A program made the translations under genes and the position numbers. Of a stretch of 64,000 bases of DNA, positions 59,125 through 64,000 are shown piece by piece. The stretch comes from a virus: IMG/VR virus record IMGVR_UViG_3300021963_000034, positions 64,001 through 128,000 of that record. One strand, 5' to 3'. Under the pieces are notes generated by a model that did not search any database, was not told the origin of the DNA, and was given only the letters and a program-made list of their open reading frames with translations. Each line of letters opens with the position of its first letter. Position 1 is the first letter of the stretch.

Positions 59125-59138
59125 TATAAATACAAATG

Positions 59139-59223
59139 TCTATAGAACCCGCAATCTCTACAGATAAGATTAGGTGCTTTAGGGCACCTTTTCTATTATA
59201 AATAGAAGTGCGGGTTTAATAGA
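59139..59223 (+). promoter_or_regulatory. structured leader: inverted repeat enclosing hairpin and late promoter
   Basis: aacccgca (59146-59153) / tgcgggtt (59209-59216); inner aggtgc/gcacct + TTTT; TATAAATA at 59197. Confidence 0.68.
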
Positions 59224-59229
59224 ATAGAA

Positions 59230-59934
59230 ATGAACTATCTAAAGGTTTATTGTAATCTTATCAGGAAAGCAGAGAACAGAACTCCTCCTGAAGGTTATAC
59301 AGAAAATCACCATACATTTCCAAAAAGTATTTTTGGAAAGAATAATAGAATTGTCGTGCTTACTGGAAGAGAACATTACATAGCACACGCATTACTTGAA
59401 AAAGCATTTATAAAGAGATATGGATTGAATAATATAAAAACGCAAAAAATGATAAAAGCATTTTGGTGTATGAATAATCAAAAGACAAAAAATACATATT
59501 TGAATTCTCATTTATATGAAAGTTCAAGAATAAGATTTATTGAAAATATAAAAGGAGAAAATCACTACTGGTATGGAAAAAAACATTCCCAAAAAACAAG
59601 AGAAAGAATGAAAGAAGCACAAAAAGGTGAAAATCATCCAATGTATGGTAAAACTCATACTGAAGAGACAAGAGAAAAAATGAGTAAATCTCATTTAGGA
59701 AAACCATCATCAAAGGGAATGTTGGGTAAAAAACAAACTGAAGAAGCAAAACAAAAAATAAGAGAAAGTAAAGAAGTCAAATCTTTTTCAGTAATAAGTC
59801 CTACTGGTGAAATAATTCATTCTAAAAATACTAAACAATTTTGTAGAGATAATAATTTAGATAAAGGGCACTTTTCTCAAGTTTTGAACGGAAAACGACC
59901 AATTCATAAAGGATTTCGTCTCTATACTGGATAA
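59230..59934 (+). CDS. HNH homing endonuclease with NUMOD3 repeats
   Basis: YLKVYCNLI..ENHHTFPKSIFG.N..VVLTGREHYIAHALL; GKKHS/GKTHTEET repeats. Confidence 0.87.
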   Translation: MNYLKVYCNLIRKAENRTPPEGYTENHHTFPKSIFGKNNRIVVLTGREHYIAHALLEKAFIKRYGLNNIKTQKMIKAFWCMNNQKTKNTYLNSHLYESSRIRFIENIKGENHYWYGKKHSQKTRERMKEAQKGENHPMYGKTHTEETREKMSKSHLGKPSSKGMLGKKQTEEAKQKIRESKEVKSFSVISPTGEIIHSKNTKQFCRDNNLDKGHFSQVLNGKRPIHKGFRLYTG

Positions 59935-59993
59935 GGACACTTGAAGAACCGTCACAGAGGCACTTGAAAACGGGTGCTCTTTCTGGTATGATA
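59935..59993 (+). promoter_or_regulatory. early promoter/stem-loop element copy 5
   Basis: GGACACTTGAAGAACCGTCACA directly after the HNH stop; TTGAAA -17- TATGAT. Confidence 0.72.
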
Positions 59994-60015
59994 CTCTTAT
60001 ACACAAAGACATCTC

Positions 60016-60192
60016 ATGTCCGAAAACCTTTTAGTGTTTTGTTTTGGTTGTTTGCTTACCTCAAATGGGTTATTATTAATGTCATCAGACCATTGTAAAA
60101 AAGAGAAAATCAAACAAGAACGAAATGATGCTATTGTTTTTTGTGTAGAAAATCCAACCAAGTGTAAGACCGAATACCTGAAATTACGATAA
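60016..60192 (+). CDS. membrane-anchored hypothetical protein (58 aa)
   Basis: ..DAIVFCVENPTKCKTEYLKLR*; related to 53925-54119; not in ORF track. Confidence 0.6.
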   Translation: MSENLLVFCFGCLLTSNGLLLMSSDHCKKEKIKQERNDAIVFCVENPTKCKTEYLKLR

Positions 60193-60386
60193 TGCCATTC
60201 TTTCCAGATTGCTATGATGAGTGGGGTCTTTATAAGATTACTTATGATGGAGACCACAAACTATATGAAATGCTATTTGAGGGCACAGAAGAAGAGTGCC
60301 GTCAATATGCTTATGACAACTACACAGATAAAGAACAGGGTGATATGTGTTTGATGGACTGGGAAGCAAGGGAGTGGAGTGTATGA
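60192..60386 (+). CDS. hypothetical protein
   Basis: TAATG coupling; FEGTEEECRQY. Confidence 0.6.
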   Translation: MPFFPDCYDEWGLYKITYDGDHKLYEMLFEGTEEECRQYAYDNYTDKEQGDMCLMDWEAREWSV

Positions 60387-60571
60387 CTGACCGAAACTTC
60401 AAGAAAGAACTGAATTACTATGTCTATAATGACCCAGAGTATAGTGAAGATATTGAAACAATTGATTATGATTGTCTGATTGGTATTATCACCGAGTTGT
60501 GTGATAGAATTGAAAAACTTGAGGACAAAGTAGATGAACTTAACCCTAACCCGAGATGGAGTTTGGATTGA
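60383..60571 (+). CDS. hypothetical protein
   Basis: ATGA coupling, GGAG RBS. Confidence 0.6.
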   Translation: MTDRNFKKELNYYVYNDPEYSEDIETIDYDCLIGIITELCDRIEKLEDKVDELNPNPRWSLD

Positions 60572-61305
60572 TGACTGAACACAATCTGCCAGACAAGGAT
60601 GATGCTCCTTGGTTAAATACACAATACGATGGTTTTATGACTCACGAGGAAATGTTGGAACTTGCTGCACAACGAGAAGCAGATAATAAAGCATTAGAAG
60701 CATTAGACAAACTCTATGATGAGAATGGTGATGCTCTTCAACAACTTGCTGCGATTGAAAGAGAGGAACTACTTGAAAAAATGAATTCACAAGCAATTCA
60801 AACTGCTATTGCTGGTATTGATAAGTATTCCGATGCTCTCAAAGAACTTCGTAAGATTGAACATGAAGAACTGATTGAAGAACTGCAAGCAAAGAAGAAA
60901 GAAAACTTTCAACTAGTTGCTGATGCTTGTATGAAAGAATATGAGCAAAAGTATCATCGTGATGTATTCCCAGTAGATGAATATTGGGTGTATATGGTTG
61001 CTGAATACTTTGGCACTGGTGAAGGTCAAACTGTGTGTATTATGATGACACAGGCAGTTCCTAGTCATGCGGAAGATTTTGAAACCTCTAACAATAGGTA
61101 TGTTCCTTGTACAACCAAAGAATATCGTGCAGTGCGTGAGTTTCATGAACAATTTGGTACTTGGTATCTTCATGGTCTCAGATTTCTCACTAAAGAAGAT
61201 TTCTTTAGTGAATATTCATACTACATTCCTCCAGCAATGATGAAACTTCTCAATAGGAGTTGCTTCAAAGACTTCTACACCCGTGTTCATTACAATTTCT
61301 CATAA
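60571..61305 (+). CDS. hypothetical protein (coiled coil + C-terminal domain)
   Basis: 244 aa; YFGTGEGQTVCIMMT. Confidence 0.7.
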   Translation: MTEHNLPDKDDAPWLNTQYDGFMTHEEMLELAAQREADNKALEALDKLYDENGDALQQLAAIEREELLEKMNSQAIQTAIAGIDKYSDALKELRKIEHEELIEELQAKKKENFQLVADACMKEYEQKYHRDVFPVDEYWVYMVAEYFGTGEGQTVCIMMTQAVPSHAEDFETSNNRYVPCTTKEYRAVREFHEQFGTWYLHGLRFLTKEDFFSEYSYYIPPAMMKLLNRSCFKDFYTRVHYNFS

Positions 61306-61454
61306 TGGATTTCACAAAACGCCAACTGGTTCTATTGACAACGGCACTTACTCTGTTCTATGATGAGATTGCAAAGACCGCAAAACCAGAGTTCAAAGCA
61401 GAAGTAATGGAACTTGCACAGATGGTTCAGGATGCTTATGAGAACGCAGAATGA
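61305..61454 (+). CDS. hypothetical protein
   Basis: TAATG coupling. Confidence 0.55.
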   Translation: MDFTKRQLVLLTTALTLFYDEIAKTAKPEFKAEVMELAQMVQDAYENAE

Positions 61455-61636
61455 GTAGATTTCAAGAAAATCCAGACGAAATTGTACTTCAAGACATTCA
61501 AATGTTTCATCTTGAAAGTATGAATGAACGCACCTTATGGGTTGGTGTGTATACTGAAGACGATAAAATCTATCACTTGAATATTTCTGCGGATGGTGAT
61601 AAACTGAGGTACTATTGGAGTGATGAGACGCCATGA
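61451..61636 (+). CDS. hypothetical protein
   Basis: NPDEIVL..FHLESM..LWVGVY. Confidence 0.65.
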   Translation: MSRFQENPDEIVLQDIQMFHLESMNERTLWVGVYTEDDKIYHLNISADGDKLRYYWSDETP

Positions 61637-61857
61637 GGTTTGAAAATCCAACAAAATGGGAAATCTTCCTTGATGGTTTCCATAACTTCTGGAACTGCCT
61701 GGATTGTTATAATGATGGTGATACTTGGGGATACGATGAGTTCTGGGAAGGATTAAATCTTGGGTTTTATATGATGGAAATTTATGACTATGATGACCCA
61801 TTTAATCCATCTGTTTTGAGTAAGCAAAGGAAAAGGTTGTATGGAATTTATGAATAA
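61633..61857 (+). CDS. hypothetical protein
   Basis: ATGA-coupled, aromatic-rich. Confidence 0.6.
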   Translation: MRFENPTKWEIFLDGFHNFWNCLDCYNDGDTWGYDEFWEGLNLGFYMMEIYDYDDPFNPSVLSKQRKRLYGIYE

Positions 61858-61867
61858 ATAGTCGTAC

Positions 61868-61949
61868 CTAATTTGGTGGTTCTTTTTAGGTTGGGATAAA
61901 GCACCTTCGGGTGCTTTTCCTGTATAAATACTAATAACCACCAAATTAG
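61868..61949 (+). promoter_or_regulatory. structured leader: 14-bp inverted repeat enclosing a UUCG hairpin and late promoter
   Basis: ctaatttggtggtt (61868-61881) / aaccaccaaattag (61936-61949); aaagcacc-ttcg-ggtgcttt; TATAAATA at 61923. Confidence 0.75.
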
Positions 61950-61958
61950 AGTAGATCT

Positions 61959-62678
61959 ATGAAAGACCCTAACAGGTTTTATACTTACGCATACCTGCGA
62001 GAAGATAGAACACCTTACTATGTTGGTAAAGGTGAAGGAAGAAGATTGTATAAAAAAGGAAAGTGTGAAGTTAAACCTCCAAAAGATAAATCAAGAGTAA
62101 TCTTTTTAAAAGAAAATCTAACAGAAGAAGAAGCATTTAAGCACGAAATCTATATGATTGATGTGCTTGGTAGAAAAGATGTTGGAACTGGAATATTAAG
62201 AAATAGAACTAATGGTGGTGATGGATTAAGTGGATATGTTCCCACACCAGAAACTATTCTAAAATTAAAAAATAGAGAGTGTAGTGAAAAAACAAGAGAA
62301 AAAATAAGAAAATCAAACAAAAAAGTTTGGGAAAATGAAGAATTAAGAAAAAGAATGAGTGATATGAAGAAAGGAATACCTATTCCAGAAGAAAGAAAGA
62401 AAAAGATTTCTCTGGGGCATATGGGTAAAGTTGTGAGTGAAGAAACAAAACAAAAATTGAGAGAGTATAATGTAAAATATTTGTATGAAATAAAAGACAC
62501 ACAAGGGAACATTTACACAACAGATAATCTCAATTATTTCTGTAAAATGAATGGACTTGATACTGCTGCGATGCAGAGAGTTTGTTATGGAAAACAAAAA
62601 TCACACACTCCAAAAAGAAAAGATAGAGTTCCTAATGTAGTGGGGTGGACGGTTCGCATACTGGAACATATCACTTGA
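61959..62678 (+). CDS. GIY-YIG-type homing endonuclease, paralogue of 1006-1572
   Basis: FYTYAYLREDRTPYYVGKG..NLTEEEAFKHEIYMI..GRKDVGTGILRNRTNGGDG; SEETK repeats. Confidence 0.88.
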   Translation: MKDPNRFYTYAYLREDRTPYYVGKGEGRRLYKKGKCEVKPPKDKSRVIFLKENLTEEEAFKHEIYMIDVLGRKDVGTGILRNRTNGGDGLSGYVPTPETILKLKNRECSEKTREKIRKSNKKVWENEELRKRMSDMKKGIPIPEERKKKISLGHMGKVVSEETKQKLREYNVKYLYEIKDTQGNIYTTDNLNYFCKMNGLDTAAMQRVCYGKQKSHTPKRKDRVPNVVGWTVRILEHIT

Positions 62679-62704
62679 TTATGTGTTCTGCCTGTGTTAT
62701 GATA
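62647..62704 (+). promoter_or_regulatory. early promoter/stem-loop element copy 6 (degenerate)
   Basis: GGACGGTT-cgcatACTGGAACA; gaacatat/atgtgttc stem; TTGATT -17- TATGAT; overlaps the endonuclease 3' end. Confidence 0.55.
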
Positions 62705-62725
62705 CTTTCATAGATAAAAACAAAA

Positions 62726-62950
62726 ATGAACTTTCTACGGTCATTATGGTACAAGTTTCAAGAGTGGAGATATGAAAGAAAATGTCTCAAACATCTTGGT
62801 ATAAAACCTACAAAAATGTATGTAAGTAAAGAAGCATATGATGCTCTTGTAGAAGCAATCAACAATCCACCAGACCCTGAGAAAGTAGAAAGACTTAGGG
62901 AAATTATGAATAAAAAAGCACCTTGGGATGAACTTTGGGATGAAAAATGA
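62726..62950 (+). CDS. hypothetical protein
   Basis: YVSKEAYDALVEAINNPP..KKAPWD. Confidence 0.65.
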   Translation: MNFLRSLWYKFQEWRYERKCLKHLGIKPTKMYVSKEAYDALVEAINNPPDPEKVERLREIMNKKAPWDELWDEK

Positions 62951-63147
62951 ATAAAGGTATTTTTATTTTTGTTATTGGCATTTCCATAGTTATGTTTGGT
63001 TTGAATGTTGGTATGAGTCACATAGAATCACGACCATCACCACCAGAGACAAGGTTTGAAGTGATTGATACTTACAAAGGTTGTGATGTAGTACAATATC
63101 TTCCTGAATATTCTGGTAGATATTATTTCTTTCTGCACTGCAAATGA
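62947..63147 (+). CDS. membrane-anchored hypothetical protein
   Basis: TM then FEVIDTYKGCDVVQY..YFFLHC. Confidence 0.65.
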   Translation: MNKGIFIFVIGISIVMFGLNVGMSHIESRPSPPETRFEVIDTYKGCDVVQYLPEYSGRYYFFLHCK

Positions 63148-63317
63148 ACGAGAAATCTAAAATATACTATAATGTCTGGTGTTGTGCATATCAACGCAGA
63201 GGACTATATAAAGGAACTGATAGGGAACACAGAGAGCACGAAACTGTGCGTATGTGTCTTGATATGAAAGATGTAAAGTTTCATCAGTTTGATACAGAAA
63301 AACCGCATTATCTCTAA
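63144..63317 (+). CDS. hypothetical protein (57 aa)
   Basis: MNEKSKIYYNVWCCAYQRR..EHETVRMCLDMKD; coupled; not in ORF track. Confidence 0.6.
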   Translation: MNEKSKIYYNVWCCAYQRRGLYKGTDREHREHETVRMCLDMKDVKFHQFDTEKPHYL

Positions 63318-63670
63318 TGACTTGGATCGATTACTACATTAACCACTGCTGGTTTACTGGTTGGCAAAACATTCGCGGATCATTTCGTATCTGGCGTGAT
63401 TTGATGACTGGAAACTATAAGGACTATGCACTAATGTGGTATGACGACCCTTATGAAGAATGTTTGTCTTGGTTCTGGTCGCAACTGGGCGAAGATGATA
63501 CTCTATCTAAAGAGTTCTTAGAACATTTGCAACAAATGGCAGAAGATGTAAAGACTGGTAAAGTTAAAACAATTCCATTTACTCAAGAAATGATTGATAA
63601 ACTTGATGACCTTGTTGGTGATATTGAAGTGGATTTAAATAAAAAGTTACCTAATGAAGACATTACCTGA
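63317..63670 (+). CDS. hypothetical protein
   Basis: FRIWRDLMTGNY..DDPYEEC..WFW. Confidence 0.7.
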   Translation: MTWIDYYINHCWFTGWQNIRGSFRIWRDLMTGNYKDYALMWYDDPYEECLSWFWSQLGEDDTLSKEFLEHLQQMAEDVKTGKVKTIPFTQEMIDKLDDLVGDIEVDLNKKLPNEDIT

Positions 63671-63812
63671 TAAAAACGAATTGCGTATTATGTGGACTGT
63701 TGCTACTTCATCCGCAATTGAATCTAGACAACCTGCATACGAAATCTTTGCTAATCTATTGTATAATGACCTAAGCGATAAAGAATTTCCTATTAAACTT
63801 GGAGAAGGATGA
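63654..63812 (+). CDS. hypothetical protein (52 aa)
   Basis: MKTLPDKNELRIMWTVATSSAIE..; not in ORF track. Confidence 0.55.
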   Translation: MKTLPDKNELRIMWTVATSSAIESRQPAYEIFANLLYNDLSDKEFPIKLGEG

Positions 63813-64000
63813 TGGGCATGTTTGACTATTTGAGGTCTTCCTATGATCTTGGAGAACAATTCACAAATGTAGAACTACACACCAAAGATATTGAAGACGA
63901 AATAGGTGGCACAATGTCTCACTATTGGTTAGACCCTCACGGATATTTGTATTGTATTGATTATTCATATACTGCAGACTTTGTTGAGATTAAGGAGGGT
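63812..64000 (+). CDS. hypothetical protein (partial, runs off the window)
   Basis: MGMFDYLRSSYDLG..TKDIED..YWLDPHGYL. Confidence 0.65.
   Translation, partial: MGMFDYLRSSYDLGEQFTNVELHTKDIEDEIGGTMSHYWLDPHGYLYCIDYSYTADFVEIKEG

Noticed and set aside
949-62678. Homing endonucleases as group I intron or intein cargo
   Set aside because: Each lies between apparently complete genes with its own leader; no split host gene or intein motifs seen.
49094-63859. Minus-strand ORFs in the small-gene region
   Set aside because: The + strand is tiled by translationally coupled ORFs with RBSs and promoters.
1-64000. A complete diversity-generating retroelement
   Set aside because: No reverse transcriptase, accessory gene or non-coding template repeat found in this window; only the codon pattern is reported.
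575-64000. Additional tRNAs, rRNA or photosynthesis genes
   Set aside because: None recognised by eye; tRNAscan/Infernal were not run.

Overview
64 kb of an AT-rich T4-like myophage genome, most likely a freshwater cyanophage (inferred from gene families and promoter types; no photosynthesis genes in this window). Almost everything is on the + strand. (1) 1-2300: HNH and GIY-YIG homing endonucleases, tRNA-Thr(TGT) and a Mom-like DNA-modification gene. (2) 2300-48700: a late-promoter (NATAAATA/CTAAATA) block of very large virion/tail-fibre proteins with PKD-like domains, collagen-like GxQ repeats and two peptidase-S74 chaperone tails. Embedded in it is a ~12 kb cassette of three 7-blade RCC1-repeat paralogues interleaved with a DUF4376-like protein, a TPR-glycosyltransferase, other glycosyltransferase-like genes, a sulfotransferase, a 2OG-Fe(II) oxygenase, a YkgJ-like protein and a deleted sugar-epimerase remnant; a GH130-like gene and a TPR-methyltransferase-oxygenase fusion close the block. 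(3) 48700-64000: an early region of small ORFs (RlpA, SET-domain protein, zincin, two more homing endonucleases) punctuated by a repeated motif+hairpin+sigma70 promoter element. The most striking signals are 21 near-identical RCC1 repeat units sharing exact DNA blocks between paralogues and varying mainly at codon positions 1-2 (candidate interchangeable fibre-tip adhesin system), a candidate virion-fibre glycosylation/modification locus, and an inverted-repeat/late-promoter arrangement upstream of all four homing endonucleases. All family calls are by motif recognition; no searches were run.
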